Shown one piece after another: positions 1 to 8,205 of a DNA stretch of 40,732 nt; the stretch's first letter is position 1; each line of letters starts with the position of its first letter. The stretch is from IMG/VR virus record IMGVR_UViG_3300028608_000002; one strand, 5' to 3'. Source of the stretch: a virus. The notes below the pieces were generated by a model. The model was not told the DNA's origin. It was given only the letters and a program-made list of their open reading frames with translations, and searched no databases. The position numbers and the translations under genes are program-made.

Positions 1-127
1 GCCGACGTCCCATGCCTCCCGCATGCTGCCCATGTTCTCGTCGCCTTCCTCGCCGACCATGACGTCGTACTCCAGGGCGAACACGGCGTCGGCGGCTTCG
101 CGGAGGACGGCGGCCCGGTCGGCGGGC
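1..127. repeat. Left copy of the exact 127-bp terminal direct repeat (identical to 40606..40732)
   Basis: Base-by-base comparison of the first and last 127 nt shows no mismatch. Confidence 0.97.
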
Positions 128-342
128 GGCGGCAGCACCGCCACGATCCCGGCGAGCGCCTCCTCGCGAGCGGCGGGGAGCAGCGTGTCGCCCAGCGCGG
201 ACTCGACAGCGGCGAGGGCAGCTTCGGCAATCTCGCGGAGCGCGGCCCGGTCGGCGAGGTACGCCTTGAAGTCGGCGATGGCCTGGCGGTCGCCGTCGGT
301 GAGCTGGGCGCGGGGGTCGTTGCCGCAGCGGGGTCGGGTCAT
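1..342 (-). CDS. 5' part (N-terminal 114 aa) of a 244-aa hypothetical protein that spans the circular junction and continues at 40605..40213
   Basis: ATG at 342 is preceded by ACGGAGAC. There is no stop down to nt 1. The frame is continuous with ORF 40213..40689 once the 127-bp overlap is collapsed. Confidence 0.75.
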   Translation of the reverse strand, partial: MTRPRCGNDPRAQLTDGDRQAIADFKAYLADRAALREIAEAALAAVESALGDTLLPAAREEALAGIVAVLPPPADRAAVLREAADAVFALEYDVMVGEEGDENMGSMREAWDVG

Positions 343-377
343 GGTCGGTCTCCGTTCGGTGGTGGTGGGTGGTGAAG

Positions 378-989
378 TCAGGAGGCGATGGGGAGTGGCT
401 GTGTGCCCGCCTGAGCGCCCCGCAGAGCCCCGGACGCACCGACGGGCCCCGAGCCGCTACGAGGCTGCTGGAGCCGCCGTGACGCCCGCGCACGACGCGA
501 CGCAGCCGACCGCTCCCTGATCGCCGACAAGCACCCCGGGCACGCGGGCTCCCCCATCCGCCGATGCAAGTCGTAGCCGCGGGTCGTCCCGCCCTTCGCG
601 TGCTCGGCCTCCAGCCGCTGCCGCCGCTCGGCGAGGAGCTGCTCCTCGAACGCCGTCGTGCACGCCGGGCACGGCTGCTCCCGGTACGTGAAGTGCGCGT
701 GATACGCCGACACCGTCCCGCACACCTGCCGCAGGCGGCCGGCCTCGTCGAACCGCCACGGCCGGCCATCGCGGAAGGTGCGCCGATCCGCGACGGTCGT
801 GCCGCCCCACACGCCGTGCGGCTCCTGCTCGCTGATCGCGTACTCGGCGCACGCCTCCAGCAGCGGGCAGTCCCGGCACGCGCGGACGGCCGCGTCACGC
901 TCGCGGGCGGTGTCGGCGAAGAACAGGTCGGGGTCGAGGCGGCAGGGCAGGCCGGGAGTGCGGGCGGTGAGCTGGTGCAGGGTGGTCAT
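378..989 (-). CDS. WhiB-like (Wbl) Fe-S transcription factor with a C-terminal extension carrying two Cys-pair motifs
   Basis: ORF 378..1076 trimmed to ATG 989 (GGAGGC SD). It has C-x20-C-x2-C-x5-C (LPC...ACRDCPLLEAC) plus the GVWGG turn. The extension carries ...YHAHFTYREQPCPAC... and ...GYDLHRRMGEPACPGC... Confidence 0.8.
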   Translation of the reverse strand: MTTLHQLTARTPGLPCRLDPDLFFADTARERDAAVRACRDCPLLEACAEYAISEQEPHGVWGGTTVADRRTFRDGRPWRFDEAGRLRQVCGTVSAYHAHFTYREQPCPACTTAFEEQLLAERRQRLEAEHAKGGTTRGYDLHRRMGEPACPGCLSAIRERSAASRRARASRRLQQPRSGSGPVGASGALRGAQAGTQPLPIAS

Positions 990-1036
990 CCCGTGCCTCC
1001 GAAGGGGGTTGGTGCTGGGGCAGTTGGCGGGGCTGG

Positions 1037-1372
1037 TCAGGCGGTGGTGGGGCGGCTGTCGAGGTCGGTGATCCATGCGGCGCAGACGGCGGCGACCTGG
1101 ACCAGCTCAGTGCGCAGCGCGGCGGGGTCCTTCTCGGCGATGGCCTCGAAGACTTCCTCGAGGAGGATGTGGCCCCAGGTGCCCTCGCCGTCGGCGAAGG
1201 CGGCCTGGCAGTGCTGGCGCCAGAAGTCGGCGTGCCGGGTGCTGCCGTCGTAGCCGGTGCCGTCGGGGTGGTGCTGGTCGCCGAACTTGGCGAGCTGCGC
1301 CTGGCGCTCGGTGTCGACGGCTTCGGCGAAGGCGCGGAGGCCGGGGGTGGTGAAGACGGTGGGGTAGCTCAT
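1037..1372 (-). CDS. MazG-like / all-alpha NTP pyrophosphohydrolase (putative)
   Basis: 111 aa. Has an ILLEEVFEAIAE (EExxE-type) motif and the helix ELVQVAAVCAAWI. ATGA overlap with the upstream gene stop. Confidence 0.5.
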   Translation of the reverse strand: MSYPTVFTTPGLRAFAEAVDTERQAQLAKFGDQHHPDGTGYDGSTRHADFWRQHCQAAFADGEGTWGHILLEEVFEAIAEKDPAALRTELVQVAAVCAAWITDLDSRPTTA

Positions 1373-2043
1373 GCGGGTCGCCTTTCGTGGTCGGTGGTGG
1401 TGGCGTGGTCGGTGCGGCTGGGGTGGGGGTCGGTGAGCCGTCGTCGTCCGCCGGTTCGGGTGGGGCGCTGGCAGGGCTGCCCGGCCGGGGCGCGGCAGGT
1501 TTCGACGGGGCAGGCGACGGTGAGTGCGTCGGGCTGCCCGGTCTGTGCGGCCTGGAGGCGGGCGGCGGCGACGGGCCGGTACGGGGCGAGGGCGGTGCGG
1601 GTCTCGGTGGTGAGGTAGTCGCCGAGCTGCTGGACGCGGCGCTGCGCTTCGGCGGCGGCGGGGCCGGCGGTGATGGCGTGGATTTCGGCGGGCGGCTGCT
1701 GGCCGTAGACGACGGCCTGTCGCTGCTCGCGGAGAGCGGTGAGGTAGCCGTCAATGTCGTCGGGGTCCATGCCGGGGTGGGGCTCGAAGGTGCCGACGTC
1801 GCGGTTCATGCGTTCGCGGACGAGGGCCTGCCAGCGGGTGGCGATCTCGGCGGGGAGGATCGGCCACTGGCTGGTGGCGTAGTGCTGCTGTGCGGCGTGG
1901 AGGGCGAAGTCGGCGGGGACGTCGGCGAGGATGCCGGCCCACATGTGGATCTGTGCGCGCATCTCGATGGGGTCTTCGCGGCGGACGCGGGGGTCGGCGA
2001 GGGCGATCTGTGCGAGGAGCTGGGGGACTTCGGCGGGCTTCAT
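1369..2043 (-). CDS. Hypothetical protein with a C-terminal Cys-rich (CPVETC...GQPC) basic tail, in the replication module
   Basis: ORF 1369..2289 trimmed to ATG 2043, which overlaps the upstream TGA (ATGA). The N-terminal 82 aa of the track ORF are R/P-rich and implausible. Confidence 0.7.
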   Translation of the reverse strand: MKPAEVPQLLAQIALADPRVRREDPIEMRAQIHMWAGILADVPADFALHAAQQHYATSQWPILPAEIATRWQALVRERMNRDVGTFEPHPGMDPDDIDGYLTALREQRQAVVYGQQPPAEIHAITAGPAAAEAQRRVQQLGDYLTTETRTALAPYRPVAAARLQAAQTGQPDALTVACPVETCRAPAGQPCQRPTRTGGRRRLTDPHPSRTDHATTTDHERRPA

Positions 2044-2981
2044 GCGGTCTCTCCTTCGCGGAGTTCTTCGGCGATGGCGGCCATCTGTGCGACGTAGTTG
2101 GAGGCGGCGGAGGGTGGGGCGACGGGGCGGGGGCCGGTGAAGGTGGTGGGGGCTTGGACGCCGGTCCAGCCGCGGAGGAAGTACTTGGCGCTGTAGGGCT
2201 GGGACTTGGCGGCTTGCCAGGCGCGGGCGGCGTGGTCGACGAGGGCGGGTGCGCCGGCGCGTCGTACGGCGTCGCGGAGTTCGAGCCATTCGGCGGCGCT
2301 GAAGCTCCAGGCGACGCGCATGCCGCGGGCTTCCATCGCTTCGATGAGCGGCTGGACTTCTCCTCTTCCGGAGACCTCGACCGTGGTGGTGCTGCTGGTT
2401 TCGGAGGGGGGAGGGGGAGGAGGTACTTCCGTAGGAAGTACCTGGTAAGGCATGGATGTGGCATGGGCAGGCGCAGCACCTTCAGCGGGCGTGCGGTGTG
2501 ACAGACCTTCCTGACCTGCGATGCCATCCGAAAACAGGGGGTCTTTTCGAGGACGATTCGGATAGTTTTCGTCTCCGAATCGCTCCCGATTCGAGGACGA
2601 TTCGTCGGCGGATCGGGAGCCCTTTCGGCTGGCGCGGCTCTTCGCGGCCCGCTCGGCGGCGCCCTTCTTGTTCGCCTCGTGCTGGGTCCGGGTGACGTTC
2701 CGGCCGCCCTCGAAGAAGTCGTGGACCACGAAGTCACCCGGGTTCGGCTGCGGGCATCGGGGGCAGTCGTGGCCGGCGGGGTGCCACAGTCCGACCTTGA
2801 CGAGCTTCCGGGCTTGGGGCTCGGTGCCGTACAGGGTGGCGATGGCGCCGGGCACGATGCCTTCGGTGAGGTGCTGGGCCGAGTAGGCCCCGCAGCGCAG
2901 CCACAGACCGAGTGCGGCGTTCCCGGCAGCCATGAACTTGGGGTGGCTGTGGGACGCGTCGTCGATCTTGAACCAGGGCAT
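2040..2981 (-). CDS. Putative replication initiation / replisome organiser protein
   Basis: ORF 2040..3131 trimmed to ATG 2981 (purine-rich GAAGAGAGAAG upstream). The N-terminus MPWFKIDDASHSHPKF...GLWLRCG is typical of phage replisome-organiser N-domains. It has a low-complexity linker and a C-terminal ...YSAKYFLRGW. Confidence 0.55.
   Translation of the reverse strand: MPWFKIDDASHSHPKFMAAGNAALGLWLRCGAYSAQHLTEGIVPGAIATLYGTEPQARKLVKVGLWHPAGHDCPRCPQPNPGDFVVHDFFEGGRNVTRTQHEANKKGAAERAAKSRASRKGSRSADESSSNRERFGDENYPNRPRKDPLFSDGIAGQEGLSHRTPAEGAAPAHATSMPYQVLPTEVPPPPPPSETSSTTTVEVSGRGEVQPLIEAMEARGMRVAWSFSAAEWLELRDAVRRAGAPALVDHAARAWQAAKSQPYSAKYFLRGWTGVQAPTTFTGPRPVAPPSAASNYVAQMAAIAEELREGETA
2546..2604. 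repeat. Iteron-like repeat cluster inside the replication gene (candidate ori)
   Basis: TTCGAGGACGATTCG occurs at 2546-2560 and 2590-2604. CGATTCG occurs at 2554, 2587 and 2598, with an inverted CGAATCG at 2576 (spacings 22, 11 and 11 bp). The local sequence is A/T-richer. Confidence 0.5.
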
Positions 2982-3066
2982 GTGTGGCTTCTCTCTTCGG
3001 TAGGTCGCCCGGGGCGGGGGGTGTGCGGGCACCCCCCGCCCCGGGGCCGTGCGGGTGGGTCGGGGG

Positions 3067-3897
3067 CTACTTCGGGGTGGGCATCGCGGAGTTCGGCGGG
3101 TGCACCAGCCGGTCCAGCGAGCGGCCCTCACGCACCGCGTTCCAGGTGCGGATCAGGTAGGCCATGTAGCGGCTCTCCGGCATCTGCACGCTGTCGAGGC
3201 GCTCCGATGTGACCCGGGCCCGCAGAGCGAGGATCGGGTGCCCGACGGAGAGTTCCGCGCCGTCACCGACCCGCTGGAAGAACCACGTCGTCTCGTCGAG
3301 GTCGATCCGCGAGAACAGGTGGTGCGCGACACCGAGGACGGACTGCGGGATGTGCGGGAACGCCTGGCGGGTACGCACCGCGATCTCGGTGGAGCGGCGC
3401 AGCTCCGGCCGCTCCGCGAGCAGCTGCGCGCACTCCTTGTTGGTGGCCGCGTAGTTCCCGGAGAAGCGGGTGTCGCCGTTGTCCCACGCCCACACGCGGC
3501 GCAGAACGGACGCCAGCACCGCGGCGTTCGTTTCCCCGCGCAGGCCCATGACGTCGGCGGTGGTGCGCTTGCGGCCGGTGTCCATCGTCTCCTGCGCCTC
3601 GGCGGGCAGTCCGACTACGACGAGCATCTGCACCGTGGTGTCGGCGTCGATGACCGCGCGGAGCCGGTGCTGCCCGTCGAGGACGGTGCCGTCCTTGGCG
3701 AACTTGATGGCCTCGCCGTTCAGGTTCCAGTGGCCGGCGGCCATGTCGCGGGCGTAGTCGGTGACGGCGCGCTTGCGGAGGCGGCGGTTGTGGGTGTTGG
3801 AGCGGAGCCAGACGCGGGCGAGTTCGGGGGTGACGTCGATGACGACGGCGGTCGTCTCGTCGGTGTCGGGGAGGCCGGGTAGGGTCTGAATGTTCAC
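3067..3897 (-). CDS. ParB-like nuclease domain protein
   Basis: ORF 3067..4245 trimmed to GTG 3897 (GAAGGAC SD, GTGA overlap). Has the motif ...AKDGTVLDGQHRLRAV... characteristic of the ParB/Srx N-terminal domain. Confidence 0.75.
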   Translation of the reverse strand: MNIQTLPGLPDTDETTAVVIDVTPELARVWLRSNTHNRRLRKRAVTDYARDMAAGHWNLNGEAIKFAKDGTVLDGQHRLRAVIDADTTVQMLVVVGLPAEAQETMDTGRKRTTADVMGLRGETNAAVLASVLRRVWAWDNGDTRFSGNYAATNKECAQLLAERPELRRSTEIAVRTRQAFPHIPQSVLGVAHHLFSRIDLDETTWFFQRVGDGAELSVGHPILALRARVTSERLDSVQMPESRYMAYLIRTWNAVREGRSLDRLVHPPNSAMPTPK

Positions 3898-4154
3898 GGG
3901 TTTTGTCCTTCGTGGGTGGTCGGGGCGGCGGTGCCGGGCAGGGCGCCGCCGTTCTGTCGTGTGGTGGTGTGGTCGCCCGCGGCCTGGGCGGCGCGGTAGC
4001 GGTAGATAGCGCCGGGTCCCGGAGCCGGCCGCCGACCGCCCTTGACGGCCCACGGGCTGTGGGCGTCGCACTTCCAGCCGGTGACGTAGAAGCGGACTTC
4101 TCCGTCGTGGCCGTCGTTGGGCACGTCGCACGGCTCCGGAACCCGGCCAGTCAC
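3894..4154 (-). CDS. Hypothetical protein (86 aa)
   Basis: Frame of ORF 3894..4385. GTG 4154 overlaps the upstream TGA (GTGA). The C-terminal two thirds have a protein-like composition (FYVTGWKCDAHSPWAV). Confidence 0.55.
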   Translation of the reverse strand: MTGRVPEPCDVPNDGHDGEVRFYVTGWKCDAHSPWAVKGGRRPAPGPGAIYRYRAAQAAGDHTTTRQNGGALPGTAAPTTHEGQNP

Positions 4155-5191
4155 GTCGAGGGCCCGAAGATCGCGGCGAACGCCACGTCGGCCCGCTTGT
4201 TGGCCTCCCGCATCGGCCGGTCCGCGAAGTGCGCCCCGGCGACACAGCCCGGCATCTCGCAGGTCCGGGTCAGCCGCCCCTCCGGGTCGCGGCCGTGGTG
4301 CAGCCGGAACGCGATCCGCGGGGCAGGGATGCGCGCGGGCCCGTGGCACACAGCCGGCAGCGCGCCGTCGGTGTACCCGGTCCACTGCACGTGCCCGTCC
4401 GTGCCCGGCACGGTGTGGGCGCGGAACGCGTCCTCCGGGGAGGCGTACGTCAGCCCGCGTCCCCGGGGCCGTGCCGGCAGGCCGAGCGCCCGATGGACGC
4501 CGCGCACGGTCTCGCGGCTGACGCCGAGCTGCTGGACGATCTGGGTGTGGGGGACGTCCTCACGAAGCCGCGCTTCGATGCGGCGCCGTGTGGCCGCGCG
4601 GGTGCGGCGCCGGGCCTCCTGCTCGTCCAGCGGTACGGCCTTCCGGTCGCGCTTGCATGCCTCGCAGTACGCGGTGCCGTCCGGCTCCAGGCGGCCGTGC
4701 TGGCTCTGGTCGTGGCCGTGCGGGCAGGTGTCCGACCGGGAGCCGAGCCCGCGTTCACGGCGCAGCTCCTGCCGCTTGGACTGGCGGCCGGCCTCGTCGT
4801 CCACGTGCTCGGGGGCGACGCAGTGCTGACGGCCGCAGTCGGCGATGACGTAGCCGACGGCGTCCCGGCCGTGACGGATGCTGAAGGCGACCGCAGCGGG
4901 GCTGTAGGACTTCTCCTTGTAGCGGAGCACCGGTGTGCCGGAGGCGCTGGCGTGCTCGCCGGTCCACTCCAGGTGCCCGCCGTCGGCCGGCCGGGTGTGG
5001 CTGGCCCACTTCTGTTCGAGGGTGCGGGTCTGCTCGGTGGGGACGTAGGCGGGGAGGCCGAGTTCGCGGCGGATGCGGGCCACGCGGTGCTTGTCGACGC
5101 GGAGTTCGCGGACGATGCGCTGGTTGCTGTGTCCGTCGCTGAGCATGGCGACGATGTCCGCGCGGGTGGCGTTCACGGGGCGGGGGCTCAT
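4151..5191 (-). CDS. DNA-binding protein with a duplicated [HTH + Zn-loop His-Me-finger-like] module
   Basis: ORF 4151..5224 trimmed to ATG 5191 (ATGA overlap). There are two HTH segments (SNQRIVRELRVDKHRVARIRRELGLP and HTQIVQQLGVSRETVRGVHRALGLP). Each is followed by GH(L/V)(E/Q)WTG...AF...HGRD...C(G/E)xxxCVxxxH. A CPHGH...YCEAC ribbon lies between them. Confidence 0.6.
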   Translation of the reverse strand: MSPRPVNATRADIVAMLSDGHSNQRIVRELRVDKHRVARIRRELGLPAYVPTEQTRTLEQKWASHTRPADGGHLEWTGEHASASGTPVLRYKEKSYSPAAVAFSIRHGRDAVGYVIADCGRQHCVAPEHVDDEAGRQSKRQELRRERGLGSRSDTCPHGHDQSQHGRLEPDGTAYCEACKRDRKAVPLDEQEARRRTRAATRRRIEARLREDVPHTQIVQQLGVSRETVRGVHRALGLPARPRGRGLTYASPEDAFRAHTVPGTDGHVQWTGYTDGALPAVCHGPARIPAPRIAFRLHHGRDPEGRLTRTCEMPGCVAGAHFADRPMREANKRADVAFAAIFGPST

Positions 5192-5454
5192 CGGGGCACC
5201 GCTGTGGGCGTCTCGGTGCGGCACGTCCAGCAGGTGCGGGTGCCGTCAGCGAAGGCGTGCAGCGTGTCCCTGTGCTCGGCCGGGCAGTACGCGAGGTCGT
5301 TCACCCCGTGGACCGTGGGCCGCATCAGGTCCTCGAGCGTCACCGTCTCCTCGAGGACGCGCGGCCGCACGACGTAGCTGCGGGACAGCAGCGCACCGGC
5401 CGAGATGGCCAGCACGACGACCAGCGCACCCAGCGCGATGTTCCACTCGCTCAT
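5188..5454 (-). CDS. Small membrane-anchored protein with a CPAEH...CWTC motif
   Basis: ORF 5188..5859 trimmed to ATG 5454 (ATGA overlap). Has the N-terminal TM helix IALGALVVVLAISAGALL. Confidence 0.65.
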   Translation of the reverse strand: MSEWNIALGALVVVLAISAGALLSRSYVVRPRVLEETVTLEDLMRPTVHGVNDLAYCPAEHRDTLHAFADGTRTCWTCRTETPTAVPR

Positions 5455-5843
5455 CGCGCACCTGCCTTCGGCTTCGGCGTCTCGAAGCCGGGCTGCCACG
5501 AGCTGCTGTCCGCGATGCCGCTGGAGGTGAGACCGACGGCGTCGTCCAGGCGCCGCTGGAGGCGGGCGTTGTCCCGCTCCAGGCGCCAGACGGTGGCCCG
5601 GTAGCGGACGCAGGCCCGCAGGAGCCGGAAGAGGCGCGTCTCCAGCTGCCCGACGTACTCGTTGTCGGCGAGGACCGCGCCCCGGGCGACTTCCAGGCGC
5701 TCGGACAGTGCGGTGTTCCGGCCGGCCGTGCGGATCGCGGAGCCCTTCCAGTCGGCGAGCTGCTCGCGGGTCGTGGCGAGGAGCCGCACGAGCCGCTCGT
5801 GCCGGGCTTGGAGGTCGCGGTGCTTGCTGCGGAGGACGAACAT
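5451..5843 (-). CDS. Hypothetical coiled-coil protein (130 aa)
   Basis: ORF track. TGATG overlap with the upstream gene. Heptad-like, leucine/arginine-rich sequence. Confidence 0.65.
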   Translation of the reverse strand: MFVLRSKHRDLQARHERLVRLLATTREQLADWKGSAIRTAGRNTALSERLEVARGAVLADNEYVGQLETRLFRLLRACVRYRATVWRLERDNARLQRRLDDAVGLTSSGIADSSSWQPGFETPKPKAGAR

Positions 5844-6523
5844 CAGTCCTCACCGCCATCGCGCAGAGAGATGGCGTACTCCATGCCGGACCAGTTGTCG
5901 ACGCCCGCGGCCTCGAGCGCGGACAGCCACGCGTCCCGCTCCCGCAGTTCGGCCAACTCCCGCTGCATCTTGGCCACCGTGCCGTCGTCCGGCGCGTCCT
6001 CGGCCGGGCCCGGGGTGATGGCCGGCGGCATCGCAGCCCCGAGACGGCCCTCCCGCCACGCTTCGGCGATGGCGGCCTTCCCGACGTCCGGCACGGTCAG
6101 CCGCGTGTACGCGGCCCGCCCCTGCATCGCCACCCCGGGCACCTCGTGGATGACGCCCGTCTCCGGGTCCGCCCACTCGGCCGTCCCGGCGGCCGTGAGC
6201 GCGTCGAGGATCTTCTTTTGGAAGCCGGGCTTGACCTCGGTGACGAACCGGCGGGTGATCTCGCTGCCGTAGTTCTCGAGGACCCACGCGGTGAACGCGT
6301 CGGCGTCGGTGACGGCGGCGGCCGCCTTGGGCTGCACCAGGCTGACGGTGCCGATGTCGTGGCCTTCGTCGAGGCTGACGGCGATCTTCTGGGTGCCGGT
6401 CTCGGCCTTGGCCTCCTTGAGGCCGGCCTCCAGGTCGCGCTTGGCGGTCTTCAGCTGGTCGCCGATGGCGCCGTGCAGGGTGGTGAGGACCGCGACGGTG
6501 CGTGCGGTGTCCTTCAGGCTCAT
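5843..6523 (-). CDS. Hypothetical protein, possibly Gam/Gp157-like, in the recombination module
   Basis: ATG 6523 has a strong AAGGAG SD. It has an N-terminal coiled coil followed by a beta-rich domain, lies directly downstream of recT, and shows no PD-(D/E)xK motif. Confidence 0.4.
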   Translation of the reverse strand: MSLKDTARTVAVLTTLHGAIGDQLKTAKRDLEAGLKEAKAETGTQKIAVSLDEGHDIGTVSLVQPKAAAAVTDADAFTAWVLENYGSEITRRFVTEVKPGFQKKILDALTAAGTAEWADPETGVIHEVPGVAMQGRAAYTRLTVPDVGKAAIAEAWREGRLGAAMPPAITPGPAEDAPDDGTVAKMQRELAELRERDAWLSALEAAGVDNWSGMEYAISLRDGGED

Positions 6524-6540
6524 GTGCTACTCCTTGGGGT

Positions 6541-6573
6541 GGGGCCGCCCGCGATTCGCCCGTGGGCGGCCCC
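6541..6573 (-). terminator. GC-rich hairpin between recT and the next gene (10-bp stem GGGGCCGCCC/GGGCGGCCCC, 13-nt loop)
   Basis: Perfect inverted repeat at 6541-6550 / 6564-6573. There is no U-tract, so it may be an attenuator or a stabiliser. Confidence 0.5.
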
Positions 6574-6590
6574 GAGTCGTGCGGTGGTGG

Positions 6591-7733
6591 TCAGGCGGCG
6601 TGGCCGGTGAGGATCGCGGTCATGCCGCGCAGGTCCCGGGCGGCGGCCTCGCTGATGGGGAGGCCGTAGGACCGCTCGAACTCCTCGTCGAGGTTGTCGA
6701 GTCCGGCCGCGGCGGCGGCGGCGCGGAGTTCCTCCTCGGCGGCCTGCGCGTCGGCCACGGGGTCGCCGGCGGTGGTGGGGGTCTCGATGACCTCGGCGTC
6801 CACCACCCCGTCGTCGCCCGGCTGGTCTCCGGCCGGGGCGGGCGTGGCGAGCTGCTGGCCCCGCGCGATCAGGTACGCCCCCAGCTCCAGCAACTCCCGG
6901 TCCGGGCTCTTCACCGCCTCGGTCAGGAGCCCCACACGCCGGGCGTCGCGGTAGATCTCCTTCACCGCGTCCGGGTGGGTGGCCTCGGTGGCGCTGTCGG
7001 CGAGGTCCTGAGCCTCCTGCGACCGGCCCTTCACGGCCGTGGTGCCCGGCTGCTCGGCGTCCGGGACCGGGGTGGCCCACGGGTCGCCCTCGCCCGGCTG
7101 CACCTTCCGCAGATGCCGCTCACCGGCCGCCGGGTTGTCCGCCTGCGCCATCTCCTCAGCCGTGTACACCCCGGCCAAGTCGTGCGGGAACGCCATACGC
7201 AGGGCGAGCGCCTCGGCGCACTTCGCCGTCATCGTCGCGGGCATCTTCACCCACAGGCCCGACGGCTCCCCGCCCTTCTTCGTCTGGACGTACTCCGAGT
7301 ACCGGGCGACCGCCGAGAACCGCATCCCGTTCCGGATCACGACGACCTTCGCGGCGGCCGGCGGCTCCTCCGACAGCCACACGTCCTGCCACCGGCCGTC
7401 CTTCGCGCACCACAGGGTGTCCTCGTAGCCGAGCGCGTGCCCAGCCTCGGCCGCCGCCCGGTGGGCGATGACCCGGTACCCGTCGATGCTGGTCTGCGGG
7501 GTGTACACCTTCCGCTGCTGCCGGTTGTCCCACCGGCCGATGAGGTAGATCTGCCGGGAGAACGGGTCGAGGCGGGTGCGCTGGCACAGGTGGAGGAACG
7601 CGGACAGCTCGGCGGGGGCCACCTGGTTGTCGATGCCGGACTGCCGCAGGACGGCACCCTGCTGGGGGGTCCAGTCGGTCTGGTCGGCGCGGATGGCGAG
7701 CGCGCCACCCGTCTTGGTGAGTTCGGCGCTCAC
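6591..7733 (-). CDS. recT: RecT-family single-strand annealing recombinase with a long acidic C-terminal extension
   Basis: ORF 6591..7901 trimmed to GTG 7733 (GGAAGGA SD, GTGA overlap). Motifs: [42 protein letters not shown]. Confidence 0.8.
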   Translation of the reverse strand: MSAELTKTGGALAIRADQTDWTPQQGAVLRQSGIDNQVAPAELSAFLHLCQRTRLDPFSRQIYLIGRWDNRQQRKVYTPQTSIDGYRVIAHRAAAEAGHALGYEDTLWCAKDGRWQDVWLSEEPPAAAKVVVIRNGMRFSAVARYSEYVQTKKGGEPSGLWVKMPATMTAKCAEALALRMAFPHDLAGVYTAEEMAQADNPAAGERHLRKVQPGEGDPWATPVPDAEQPGTTAVKGRSQEAQDLADSATEATHPDAVKEIYRDARRVGLLTEAVKSPDRELLELGAYLIARGQQLATPAPAGDQPGDDGVVDAEVIETPTTAGDPVADAQAAEEELRAAAAAAGLDNLDEEFERSYGLPISEAAARDLRGMTAILTGHAA

Positions 7734-7975
7734 GGGCGCACGTCCTTCCGAGTGTTGAGGATGAAGTAGCGGTCGTTGTCCGGGCCGAGCTGCTGGAGGT
7801 GGCCGCGGCCGGCCAGCGTGAGCAGGTCCCGGCGGGCGGTCGTGCGGCACGGGATGTGGCCGTTCAGGCGCCGGAGTTCCTGCACGCGGCCGGACGTCCA
7901 CCGGCCGCCCCAGGTGCGGATGGTGTCGAGGAGCTGGGCGAGGCGGGCCTCGCGGCTGGACGTGGTGGTCTTCAT
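7730..7975 (-). CDS. Small hypothetical protein, possible winged-helix DNA-binding protein (81 aa)
   Basis: ORF 7730..8212 trimmed to ATG 7975 (ATGA overlap). Confidence 0.6.
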   Translation of the reverse strand: MKTTTSSREARLAQLLDTIRTWGGRWTSGRVQELRRLNGHIPCRTTARRDLLTLAGRGHLQQLGPDNDRYFILNTRKDVRP

Positions 7976-8205
7976 CGGGTGGCCTCCCCGATCTGGAGGT
8001 GCCAGGAGGCGAGGAGCAGCCACGCGGCGAGCTGGAGCCGGGCCTTCTGGACGGCCTGCTCGGCGGCGGTCACGGCCGGGGTCGTGTCGACGTGCGGCAG
8101 GTGCAGGTCCCGGTTGGCGGCGAAGGCGACGGCGGCGAGGAGCGGCAGGGTGCCGGCGCCGATGGCGAAGGCGGTGAGCCACTCGGGGGTGGTCGCGGCG
8201 TTCAC
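7972..8205 (-). CDS. Small membrane protein (77 aa)
   Basis: ORF track with a GTG start and GTGA overlap. It has two hydrophobic segments. Confidence 0.55.
   Translation of the reverse strand: MNAATTPEWLTAFAIGAGTLPLLAAVAFAANRDLHLPHVDTTPAVTAAEQAVQKARLQLAAWLLLASWHLQIGEATR

Noticed and set aside
1-127. Reading the 127-bp end repeat as a biological LTR, an att duplication or a true direct terminal repeat
   Set aside because: The repeat lies inside a coding sequence that is continuous across the junction. Its length equals a common maximum assembler k-mer. A genuine short DTR cannot be excluded without reads, so this remains a check rather than a claim.
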